DNA from: Priapulus caudatus
Lineage: Eukaryota
DNA length: 34,692 bases
Reading direction: 5' to 3'
NCBI RefSeq assembly: GCF_000485595.1
Contig: NW_014577064.1
Location: forward strand, 809,981 to 844,672
The position numbers and the translations under genes were made by a program. This document shows positions 1 to 12,200 of this stretch, one piece after another. Under the pieces are notes generated by a model. It was not told the DNA's origin. It ran no database searches and was given only the letters and a program-made list of their open reading frames with translations. Position 1 is the stretch's first letter. Each line of letters opens with the position of its first letter.

Positions 1-228
1 AATTATATGTAAATATGCTAACAATATACGCTCTATAATGTTTGCTAATGCATTTACGGCATGCAGAGCAGCTGCGCTGTTTCGACTGCAGTAGGAGAGG
101 AGGTCGATTCGAAGATGAATCATCGGTGGCTCTGTGCAGGAGCGGTCCGAAATAGCCGACGAGAACGGTAGATGTAGGGATTGTGCGAGCGCCATAGCCT
201 GGCAGTAACGGGGCGCCAATGAAGCTCC
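1..228 (-). other. Possible exon or degenerate coding remnant (unidentified)
   Basis: GC-richer island following a good acceptor (tgcttttctacag). One frame reads FLQELHWRPVTARL, reminiscent of the LHWLPV motif of L2/CR1 LINE ORF2. No firm identification. Confidence 0.2.
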
Positions 229-759
229 TGTAGAAAAGCAGACAATGTTTAATATAATAAGACTTACATACTGTAACTTTATGATAACTTTGCTATATTA
301 TTTACTTCATTATTATATTTAAGTTTATTTATATATACGATCAGGGTTTAATAATGACATTTTAATGACATTTTATTACTCCTGATACGATATATTATAT
401 TATTTTATTTTATACGGTTATACTTATTATTACTTTATTTTTGTTACTCATTATAACTTTGTAGTACGTGTATAGCTGATATGGCAGTACACTGTATATA
501 TAGATAAATAACGTCGTCCGCCCCAATAAAAAATTAGCCGTAGACATACAGGTCCCCGGTGTAGTCAGATATGGAACAATAGAGGTCGATTCTCTTATTC
601 ACTTAATTTTTATAAAATAGAATTACGATTCAGGTTGCTACAGGCGTGCGTAATTTCAAGTAAAACAAAAAAAACCTGAATTTTAGAGACAAACCAGGTT
701 TTGGAATGACTGGAGGACACTTATACATATCGGTGCACTAACTTAATACTAATAGTCAA

Positions 760-842
760 CACACACACGCGCGCGCGCAGCGCGCGAACGCACGCACACA
801 CCACACACACACACACCACACACAACACCACACACACACAAC
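760..842. repeat. Imperfect (CA)n/(CG)n microsatellite
   Basis: acacacacgcgcgcgc...cacacaccacacac run. Confidence 0.9.
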
Positions 843-852
843 AGGCCGCACG

Positions 853-2372
853 CCCCCCCCCTGGTACAAATCCTGTACACGCCCCTGCCGCGTCGTAACA
901 TGTCCCGCAGGTTGAGTGAGAGCGCAGCCGTGGACAACGGGGACAGACACATGCCTGTCTCTCACACGGAGGATATAGAATGCCTTTTCGAAAAATCTCA
1001 TATATGACAGAATAGTGGCGCTGCACACTACTTACTACGCAGCTATATTTGTGGCCGAGATGTACTATACGATTGATTTTGTCCACTACTTTTTATAGTT
1101 TTGTCATTGCTCAGTGGTAAATTGAGTCACTCGTGACTGCAAATTAATGAGAATACTGCAAATTAAATGAGAATAACTGCGTATTGAGCAAATGCAAAAT
1201 ATTAATGATGAATTAAATGTGGGTATACTTCCGCTGGCACTGACAACTCAGAGCCGTATATAGAGATATCTATATTATATATACGGCACTGTGACAACCT
1301 GGCATGTTGCGCCACCTATATTCGCTAGGCGTGTTTCCTCATAGTTTAATTGACTCAGGAAGATGTGAGTTTAACAGTGCTGCCTAATCGAATTAGATCG
1401 TAGGTTAGCGGGTATAATTGTTTTCTGAGTTGTGCGATCCAGGACATAACCTATATTAAGTCATGAGTAATAAACTTGCGTAGCATAGTGCAGTTTTGTT
1501 TACCCCCTGACAGTGTTTCCTTCGATTGTACAGGCCTATACACGTATTAAAGGTGCAAGAGCCAAGAATGACTGGTTTCATTACATCTTTTGTACACACA
1601 CACCTGATACACACGACGGTTACCAAGAGGGTGTAGCAACGAACACATGCGGAAGTCAATAGCATCCACCGAACAACAACAGACACTGGAGAGCTACACA
1701 ATGCTGGTTGGCGACAGCGAATATGTGAGGATGAAACCGATCGATGCACTCACCGTTCAAGAGTCACGCTCTAGATGTAAATCAATGACACTCGTGGCAG
1801 ACGAAGAGAGTTTCCACCGACATCTCATGTGAGCCTCAAGAGTGACTGCAAATGTTTGAGTATTTTTACAAGCCCCGCGGGTTTTTACTGCAGAATCCCG
1901 ACCCGTTGTATACTAAAAATAACGCCAGAACACTCAGCCTCAGGTAACATGGCAGCGAATGGAACAGAAATCCAGCTACGAGGCGCTTGTTGGATACAAG
2001 AGCAGAAAAAACGAGAGAGAGCGCGATAGAGGGAGGGGGGAAGGAAGGGAAAGGGAGAGAGCGAGAGAGAAAGAGAAAAGGGGGGAGAGAGAATGAGAGA
2101 GAGAAAGAAAGAAAAAGGGAGACAGGGGAAGAGCGAGAAAGAGGAAAGGGAGGAGAGAGAGAGACCGAAAGAGATGAAAGACACACATGAACGCGCGCGC
2201 TCGCACAGACAGAAAAAGAGGGCGAGAAAGAGAGACAGATAGATAGATCAGGGGCGTGTACCGGATTTGGACCAGGGGGGTCAAACCGTAATCCATACTT
2301 GCGAGCACGCGAAGGGGGGTCTGGGGCCCTCCCCCATAACAATTTTGAAATTAGACCCCACTCAGATGCGTT
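853..2372. repeat. Local duplication copy 1 (partner 3159-4385)
   Basis: Near-identical to 3159-4385, except that about 300 bp (approx. 1423-1724) is replaced by about 10 bp in the partner. Ends at N gap 2373-2382. Confidence 0.9.
1249..1291. mobile_element. Ultra-short palindromic TIR element (second copy 3558-3597)
   Basis: CAGAGCCGTATA...TATACGGCACTG flanked by tgacaact/tgacaacc (7/8 match, 8-bp TSD). Confidence 0.6.
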
Positions 2373-2382
2373 NNNNNNNNNN

Positions 2383-2426
<44 letters not shown>
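2010..2426. repeat. GA-rich low-complexity tract and (GA)n microsatellite around an N gap (also 4025-4260)
   Basis: Purine-only runs, (AGAT)n and (AG)n. Confidence 0.85.
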
Positions 2427-2429
<3 letters not shown>

Positions 2430-3006
2430 GTGATTACCTTTGGTAGTTTTAATTAGGTTGCAGCAAATTTTTCCAATTATTAAAATATAACGCACAATGG
2501 CGGACAATACAATCTTTTATGTAGAATAAAAAATATGAACTATGTTTGTGTTCTTAATTACCGAGGATGTCATTCAGGGCTCTTGCGGCGGTATTACCCA
2601 ACCCACTGCATGTAAATAGATATATATCTTCTTTAATTCTGACAGGTTACGGTATAGAGGTTGAAATTGCTTTCTGAATAACAATTTGGTCCCTTTTTCT
2701 ATAAATTTGCCCCTGTCCCTCCGTCTTTCTCTCTCGCGTATGTGCTCTATCCCTCCTCCTTCTTCCCTTTTCGTGCGCGCTCTCTTTCGACCATGTAAGT
2801 GTGCATTCGATATAGTTTAGTTTTCAGAAAAAGACCAACCGTTGACATGGATGGAAAACGTGAATCCATACAATACACTCCATAACAGTGCTACGGATGC
2901 CCTATTATGGCTTCTAGGTGCGTCCTGAAGTATGAACGCGCTAGAGAGCTATGACGATTGTTCGTTGAGAGCTGAACGTGTTTCTGTTTTCGGCTGTTGT
3001 ACCGCG

Positions 3007-3196
3007 CAGAGGCGTGTACGGGGGGGGTCCAGGGGTTCCGGACCCCCCCCCCTGCTCGCGCAGTAAACGCATCTGAGGGGGTCTAATTTCAAAAAATTTC
3101 CGGGGGAGGGCCCCCCAGACATCCCCTTCGCGTGCACCCAAGTTTGGGTTATGGTTAGACCCCCCCCCCCTGGTACAAATCCTGTACACGCCCCTG
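3007..3196. mobile_element. Non-autonomous TIR element, CAGGGGCGTGTAC family, 5-bp TSD (hAT5-like)
   Basis: CAGAGGCGTGTAC...GTACACGCCCCTG flanked by ccgcg/ccgcg. Confidence 0.8.
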
Positions 3197-4385
3197 CCGC
3201 GTCGTAACATGTCCCGCAGGTTGAGTGAGAGCGCAGCCGTGGACAACGGGGACAGACACATGCCTGTCTCTCACACGGAGGATATAGAATGCCTTTTCGA
3301 AAAATCTCATATATGACAGAATAGTGGCGCTGCACACTACTTACTACGCAGCTATATTTGTGGCCGAGATGTACTATACGATTGATTTTGTCCACTACTT
3401 TTTATAGTTTTGTCATTGCTCAGTGGTAAATTGAGTCACTCGTGACTGCAAATTAATGAGAATACTGCAAATTAAATGAGAATAACTGCGTATTGAGCAA
3501 ATGCAAAATATTAATGATGAATTAAATGTGGGTATACTTCCGCTGGCACTGACAACTCAGAGCCGTATATAGAGATATCTATATATATACGGCACTGTGA
3601 CAACCTGGCATGTTGCGCCACCTATATTCGCTAGGCGTGTTTCCTCATAGTTTAATTGACTCAGGAAGATGTGAGTTTAACAGTGCTGCCTAATCGAATT
3701 AGATCGTAGGTTAGCGGGTATAATTGTTGCGGGTGCGGGTGAGGATGAAACCGATCGATGCACTCACCGTTCAAGAGTCACGTACTAGATGTAAATCAAT
3801 GACACTCGTGGCAGACGAAGAGAGTTGCCACCGACATCTCATGTGAGCCTCAAGAGTGACTGCAAATGTTTGAGTATTTTTACAAGCCCCGCGGGTTTTT
3901 ACTGCAGAATCCCGACCCGTTGTATACTAAAAATAACGCCAGAACACTCAGCCTCAGGTAACATGGCAGCGAATGGAACAGAAATCCAGCTACGAGGCGC
4001 TTGTTGGATACAAGTGCAGAAAAAACGAGAGAGAGCGCGATAGAGGGAGGGGGGAAGGAAGGGAAAGGGAGAGAGCGAGAGAGAAAGAGAAAAGGGGGGA
4101 GAGAGAATGAGAGAGAGAAAGAAAGAAAAAGGGAGACAGGGGAAGAGCGAGAAAGAGGAAAGGGAGGAGAGAGAGAGACCGAAAGAGATGAAAGACACAC
4201 ATGAACGCGCGCGCTCGCACAGACAGAAAAAGAGGGCGAGAAAGAGAGACAGATAGATAGATCAGGGGCGTGTACCGGATTTGGACCAGGGGGGTCTAAC
4301 CGTAATCCATACTTGCGAGCACGCGAAGGGGGGTCTGGGGCCCTCCCCATAAAAATTTTGAAATTAGACCCCACTCAGATGCGTT
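3159..4385. repeat. Local duplication copy 2 (partner 853-2372)
   Basis: Same sequence, and the same spurious ORFs appear twice in the ORF track. Confidence 0.9.
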
Positions 4386-4447
4386 TTCTGCGCGAGCACA
4401 GGGGGTCCGGACCCCCTGGACCCCCCCCCCCCCTGTACACTCCCCTG
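4263..4447. mobile_element. Non-autonomous TIR element, CAGGGGCGTGTAC family, 5-bp TSD (truncated duplicate at 2249-2372)
   Basis: CAGGGGCGTGTAC...GTACACTCCCCTG flanked by tagat/tagat; internal sequence resembles 3007-3196 in inverted orientation. Confidence 0.8.
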
Positions 4448-5876
4448 TAGATAGGGGCCTGGGGTGAATGGAGAGAGAGGGAGGATTGAGAGACAGCAAG
4501 AGAGAGTAACTATGTTGAGAAGCGACATTCCCCAGCACATAAGCAAGCCACGTTTCATTTCACCAATCATATATGAACATCACCACGACAAGAAAACAAT
4601 AACAATTAATAAGTTGTTAAGCTTTTTTTCTCTCTCAGCACAGTTAACAAAATGTTTGGTTGACACACTTTAACGTTTCTCAGGATTGCATCTGCCGTAT
4701 TACATACGGTAGCCCACGGAGCGATGGTGGGACAAGCAAGGTCAACCTTGTACAGTTCTACAAACTGAGAACGAGCATAACAAACATGTGTATTTGGAAC
4801 CTACAGTTCCAAACACATGCAAGTTTAATCAAACCAGAAAATATAGGCGCTAGCTGTTCATGTTTGAAACTCTCATCAAATTAATAAATCTATTAAATAT
4901 ATGACTCGACATCATTAAGCACTACCATGTAGCTTGACTAAAAACTACTCTAGGACTAGTATGCTAGATTTTTTTTACATCAGACTTAGTAACAGATTAT
5001 AGCCTACATCTTATGATAATAATTTCACATGACGTCAGCCTTACAGGCTATTTGTAAGCAACCAGAGACGGTACTTACATATCTTTCCGAAACCTGGCAG
5101 GTAACTACTATATGCAAGCTGTGCATCACCGTTTAATAAGAAACCTGACCTGCCCTGTATTAACATACTAAAATATAGGCATAGAGACTGATGCAAATCA
5201 GCACATTATCTGTAACAATATGTAAAATGCATACCGTATTTTTTTAAATCTTAGAATTGACTTTCTAAAATCAGTGTGCATCGTCTACGATGCAGATTCT
5301 TAAAAAGCAAAAAATATGGTAACGTTAACTACGGTATATCCTGTAATGTGAAAACAACTACCTCTTTGCTATATATGCCTAGTAACCATTTCAATAACAA
5401 TTATACATAGCAATTATAATAAATCACATGAGACATGAGCCTATATAAGTAACACAGCATGGATATCCTTACAATATACAATCATTTACCCAATACTTGT
5501 ACGTTCTACGAAAACAATAACTGCACGAATAAGCGATTGTACATTAAAAAGTAAAACCTAATTACTAAGTAATGTACTAAGTAAGCAGATTAAAAAACAA
5601 ATTGAAATGCTTAGCATTATGATAGCTCTGAAAGCCTGTAAGTGCATATGTTGCACTAATGCAGAAAATTAAAAACACACGAATCGGACTGATTCCCACA
5701 ATGCATGTAACAAAATACCATTATATAAAATATCTGCTAAACCTATTAGTACACAGAAGACAAGGCAGATGCTGAGGTTTTAAAAACTTTTTAACAACCA
5801 CCCGGCTAGCATAACTGTACATGATGTACAATTTATGCATGCGTTTTTACTCAAGTGTAACTCTGGAAAACACCTG

Positions 5877-6084
5877 GGGCCCGTTGTCAGAAACAAAATT
5901 GGTCTTAACATTAGTCTTAACATTAACTTTTTCTCTTAGACCGTTGACAGAAACGCTGCGAAGTTACGAGAATAAAAAATCGTAGCAGATTTCCTCATAA
6001 CAATACGAAACAAAGTGATGTCGACGGTCTAGGAAAATTGTTAAGACTAATGTTAAGACTAATTTTGTTTCTGACAACGGGCCC
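5877..6084. mobile_element. PIF/Harbinger-like MITE in the presumptive sulfite oxidase 3' UTR
   Basis: About 45-bp TIR GGGCCCGTTGTCAGAAACAAAATT.../...AATTTTGTTTCTGACAACGGGCCC; 3-bp TSD ctg/ctg. Confidence 0.8.
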
Positions 6085-6150
6085 CTGCTTAGCACTGTTT
6101 GCCTGCACTCTCACAAGCACCTGTCTGGCCTGTTGCATTTGTCGAGATGA

Positions 6151-6263
6151 TCAGTACTTGGATTTGGCAGGCACACTCACATGGTGCCATGAGTTATTCA
6201 TAACTCCACGAAGGTTCCAAATCTGTGCCAGATCATCAGGCATGCCGTTGTTACCAATGTCCA
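6151..6263 (-). CDS. SUOX: Sulfite oxidase coding exon 10 ([37 protein letters not shown])
   Basis: Acceptor attgcag|TG; WNLRG..NxWH motif; TGA stop at 6153-6151. Confidence 0.93.
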
Positions 6264-9200
6264 CTGCAATAGACAAAACCAGAAGTCAGTGGTTAGTAAC
6301 CATAAAGATACATCCTTGTCCACTATGATAATTAAGATGAAAATATGAAACAAATCAAGAGCGTATTAAGAAGGAGAGCATACAACAGTGAAATTCTGAA
6401 ACCATGTTGCAGTATTAGTCAAATTAATAAACTTTTCCCGTTTTATTTTGACGATTCTTTGCAGTATTATTGATCAGCTGTCCTACCTTGTTCATATAAA
6501 ACAAACCGCATATCCCTACGATGCCCCTACGCTGAGATAATGAGCGGTGAAAATCTGGAATTTTCACCGAAAACCGACTCGAGATAGGCCCCCCACCTGT
6601 GCCCACCTCACACTGGATGTAGTAAACTCTGTAGTACTGACGTAATGAGTCAGCGCTACCATGGCGCTACACAGCGACGAGTGGAAGCAACACACTGGCC
6701 ACAAAGCAAGAGAGGGTCGCAGAAAACAGGGATCTCGAGTTGGTTTTCGGCAAAAATACCAGATTTTCACCGCTCATTATCTCAGCGTAGGGGCATCGTA
6801 GGGACAAGCGGTTTGTTTTATATTAGCAAGGTAGGACAGCTGATCAATAATACCGCAAAGAATCGTCAAAATAAAACGGGCAAAGTTTATTAATTCGACT
6901 AATACTGCAACATGGTTTCAGCATTTCACCGTTGTACGCTCTCCTTCTTTATACGCTCTTGAACAAATGTATTAAGAATGCAGTCATGGTCATGGACAGG
7001 TACCACCGTAAAGGGCATTACAACATAACTGCTCACCAAATTCAATCAAACTAAAACAAGTGCCGCAGAGCAACAGCGCTCAACTGACATGTACTGTAGC
7101 CCGGTATTCTTCTGATAAACTCAATGGCAACCGAATCAAGTGTGCCCTCCTGCCACTGCGTTCACGCTCAGAGCATATATCTAAGCTACTACTAATACAG
7201 ATCTAAAATCTGTTATAGGCTTTGCTATACCTACTGGTAGTACAGTAATAAAGATACAGCTGTGTAACTTTAATGACTTGAACTTTGCTATATTAACATG
7301 TTATCATGGATATGCGTCGAGCGCGAGCGTAGTGGTGGTGGTGGGGGGAGGGTGGGGGAAGGAGGCTCTAATAGCAAAAGCAGTTCAGTCCTTTGTTAAC
7401 AGTCAACAAATCCATGTTTAACCTCCGTCTTGAGGGTCAAAAGGTTATCAGACACTTAATCTTCGCACGTCAGTGGAAAGCACATTTCATGGTCCTTTCA
7501 ATAAAGTGACTAAAATGGTAGGTCACGCGAAGTGAAACAAAAACAGTTTTGCACTCGATCCGTTTTCAGACCATGTTCCTCAGAAAATGGTCTGCATCAT
7601 CTCCTGATTTCCCCACTGCCTGTTACCTAGTGACCTGCCCGCGCTGCCTGGTGATTTCGCTCTGCTGCGTGATGGTTTCTTCCCCATCAACACTATTACA
7701 TCGAATATAGAGAGCGATAGGTCAAGACCCGTTTCAAGCATTTCTGTCGCGAATCCGTATTTTCCTCCTATACCTTAAGTTAAGGGGGAAATATTCCCCA
7801 TCCATTGACACATCATGACCTTTGACCCCCAAATTCGATATCCCGAGTCCTTTGGCAATAACCCCCCCCCCCCCCCGAAGTCCGAAATATCAAGACCGTA
7901 CGTCGAGGCGGTTAACATTTGTGCCCAACTGTTGACGCACGGACATTCAATGCGTTCTACAGCTGCATCTGACTTCGTCAAGCTGAGGCGTAATAAAAGA
8001 ATTGTTTTTCCTGCTTTCCACCTGCTTCGGCGGCTGCGGGTTGAAACTGCAAACAACTGATTTATTTGACCGCGAATTTCAATTAGACATTTCTTAGTAA
8101 CCAGCAGTGATATTGGACAAGCTAATACGCATTTGGATGTAAGGTTATGTACTTATTAACTACACAAGGTGCCAGTTACTCTAGCATTCGACAACTTTGC
8201 ATATGGGCTATCAATGGGCCTATTATGCCTTTAATATATTAAAACAAAAATCAATGTAACTTGTTGTAGAGATTAACATCTATATATCACACATCATGTC
8301 ATTTAGAATTAAAAAGGTCTTACATGCTTTACAGACAATTTCACATGGTGAAGGGAATTGGTCAACATGGAAATCCCAGAAAGCCCAGGCCCAGTAACGG
8401 TTGTCATGTCCCTTTTCTTCACCAGGAAAGATACGAGCAGTCTGCCAGGATTTACCTCCATCCAGCGATATATCGACTCTCACAATTCTGTAAAAATGTG
8501 AATTACACAATATCATACAACGTCGAATTCATACACCGATGCTTGATCAACTGTTTTGTTAAAACTGCTTTAATAATTGGACATCAGCCAACTTATCGCT
8601 TTTATATCTCAATAAAAGCAACTCACCTATTTCCACCCGACAGGGCATACCCGCTGACTGTGTATGAAGATCCAGTGGCGATAGCTTCAGAAAGCTTTGG
8701 GTTTGTAATAGCAGCCTGCACTGACAATCCTGCCAGTGAAGGTGTTCTGTCCCACCAATCATTAACATTATCCCAGTTAACCTATAAACAGGCCCCATAT
8801 TCGTAATGCACTCAAAACAGTAGACACACATCAACTCTGTTGTAAAATGAGTATCATAAATTAATCTAGACACCATTTGACCAAAATTCACAAACAGGTG
8901 AGATTGTAATGCTTTCATTTCACAACTGCCATTAAATTATGCTAACCAGGAAAACAACGATTGCTCTGACACACTACTCACAGGACAGGGTTTGCTAACA
9001 TAAGGCAAACGCTATTTTCCAGTTTTCCAAGAATTTAGAGGTGTACTTTCCATGACTGCAATATGGGTGACAACTTTCTTTCATAAAGAAAATGACCTTA
9101 CCCCAGACAAGATACATTGCATTTTAAGGACTTCCTAAGACCAAACATAATAATGGCAATTTTTCCAGGATCAGAAAGCGTAAACTATTTTCCAGGGGTT

Positions 9201-12200
9201 CCAAGATTTGGCAAATGTTATTTTAAAATTCTAGAACTTTCAACATTTTATAGAATTCATGTGAACACTGCCATGAACATATGGATTCAATAGTAGACAA
9301 TATACGTGTATATGTACATGTATATAGATACATAAATCAGTTCTTTCCAAAAATTTCAAACAGCATGTCAGACAACCAGGCAAACCATATTGCTTGCTCG
9401 AACTAATAATCTGTATCGCGAGCGGCCCCAATACAGATAAACCGGTTCAATTCGAACATATGTACATGAAGCTGTGAAAACAGTTGGAAATTAAAGGCAT
9501 GTTTAACATATTAGGAAATTACGGCATGTCTTGGAAGATGTATAGGATGTTGCAAATTAGCTCCAGCTTTGAGGGACAACACTTGATATTTCCTACAATA
9601 GCAAAATCCACATACTAAGCAATAAATGTAGTTACATAGCAGGAGCACCCACCGATGGCAAAAACACTTTGTAATCTCTTCTCTGGAAGAAGCTTTCCGA
9701 TTCATCACTTTTGACTGTAATCGACTTTAGCCACTTGACACTCCTAAAAAAAATACCAATATACAACTTAGTTCTGCACACATGCATGCGTAGGCTCCCT
9801 AACAGAACCAACCAATTTTTTATTAGACATTGGCGACATTTTGAATCAATGATGAACCACTTCTAGAATTCAACAACAACTTCCTGGAGTCGTGACCAGT
9901 TGCAATTCCCCTTAAACAAAAGTGTCGCTCACCGTGCACCAATGTAGCCAGGTACTATCACCCTCACTGGAAAGCCATGGTCACGAGGTAGCGGCTCTCC
10001 ATTCATCTGCCAACACAACGAGATAATGATCAGACGATCGCTACATTCCTACAACACATTGCTGTACACCATGCAGTATACTTCGGTTTAAATCTGTCCT
10101 TTTCCTACAGACTGCTAGTGCTTTCATACACTCAACTATCATACATGTACCAGACTTCACTGTTCTCTATGCAACTGTGCCATTAACTATATACACCAGT
10201 TAATTTGCAATGCACTTTTTTCCATAATATAAATAAGTTCTTGAAATGAGAATTGTCTTAGTAGAGCTTTTTAGTAACCAGAAACAGGTCCATCGTTCAT
10301 ATTTTGATAAAAGCACCAATATAGCCCATGTGTGTCATTGGAGGTGCTTAATAAAAAAATAGTATAACCCCAATGTGACTGACCGTTTAAAGGTAAATGG
10401 CACTCTTTTTTTTTACCAAAATGCCACCACAAAAGTCAAAAATATATTTTTGGGGTCATAATTCTTGGTCTAAGTAAACGCATTGAGTGAGGAATTAATA
10501 ATGATAAAATTAAAAATAATTAGAAAATTAATAATTAGATTAGATAATTAGATAATTAGAATATTTGTATGATAACAAGACATAACTGTGATGTGGATTC
10601 CTGAAGCATATGTTCACCTCTAAGCAATATGTCTGAGTGCATGCATGGCTTCAAATGTAATATTGTGATTTCGGAATATGTGGAGGAATAATAAAAGATG
10701 TAATACGATGTGTGTATACAATACATTTTACTATGAAATACTAGGTTAAATATACGCAGCTATATGTCAATGCACAATTGAATGTAGCTATTCTCTAGAA
10801 AGAAGTCGCAGAGCATATAGCTTTAGTATAATAGAAATCCATAAGTGTTAACAGCATGTCTACAAAGAAGGTAGTAGTGACTGTCGCAATACTATTTGAC
10901 ACTGCATATTGGTAAAGTAATTAACCGTTTCAGGGGGTTGTACAGCATGAAACCAAACCCATGTAGTTTGTTGTTTTGTTAATTAAAGAATAGTTATTAA
11001 TTAGAGTTTAACTGCACATCCCAAATACATCAATGACTGGCAGTGCCGAGGCACTATTAAGGTTTAACATCCCACCTTTTCTCCCTCGGCATTTGTCCTA
11101 AAGTAATAAACCGTTTTGGCCATTTGCAGCCTTCTAACAATTGTGCCCCATCCTTAGTTTATTTTACAGCTAGCTTTCTGACTCTTCTGCGATCATGTTT
11201 GGCTCGTTATCAAACTGTGAATTATACAAAGCGACCCTTTAGCAACCTCCACTCATTGGAGTAGGTGAATAATTTGTCAGGGGGATAATGAATATACTAA
11301 TAATATGAGTAGGGAAATAATGATATTTCTTACCTCAAAAGCAAGAATCACATCCCCCTGGGGATCTCTGCAGAGACAAAACATTTTATTAGTATGTGTC
11401 ATTATTATAACTCTCACTTACTGTTGGTTTTTTTTATATATGGCACCAGAATAATGCATCTAGATGCATCATTTTCTTTCAAGTTTGACTTCCTTAATGT
11501 ACAGATTTTCTTACAGTAGAAACTGCTTACTGAATAAAGTGCTAGAGTTCACTACACATTTGTTCGAATTTCACGGAAAAAAAAGTTTTTGAGGAAGAGG
11601 GGCAAGCCAACAGACCCAACTAGCACTGATGCACAGGTTTGTCATTTGGCATGGCAAACAACCTAGCTGGTGTTTACTTTTCTAGTACCATCTACTCTGA
11701 ATATTTTTGAAAAAAAGCTTGCCTCATATAATGCACAGATACACCACTGATTTTCCAGAACACTTTGTTCCAAAAGCCTTGCCAGATTCGCCGTTTTTTC
11801 GGACCAACAGAGGTTACACAATAATAATTCAACAATACACCTCAGAACCACTAACTATACACCTCTCATGTCACTACTGCACCACGGACTGCTAGAAACT
11901 TAAATTAAACAAAACGTACAGGCAATGATAATGACTGGTGTTTAGAAGCCATAGTTAGGGTTATATATATGCCAAATAAGCTAACAATCTAACAGAAATG
12001 GGTGGATCACCACCAACAAGTGCAATGTAAATGATTCCAACGAGCGCGCGCTACACGCAACTCCATCTGTGGCCGCCCTGTGAACATTAAGTGCCCCGTT
12101 GTAATTTTGGCCAGACTAAACGAGGTACTGGATCATCAGCTGCCAGAAAATAAATGGGGTGCCTGCATTTATTTACAAACTATCACATGTGTTTAATAAT

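Noticed and set aside
721..4570. Long ORFs in the ORF track (e.g. 1866-2507, 3880-4374, 721-1086)
   Set aside because: They are translations of GA/CA microsatellites and MITEs (SLSLSL, CVCV) and are duplicated along with the repeat; no domain signal.
8324..8806. 160-aa plus-strand ORF
   Set aside because: Antisense shadow of sulfite oxidase exons 8-9 and their intron.
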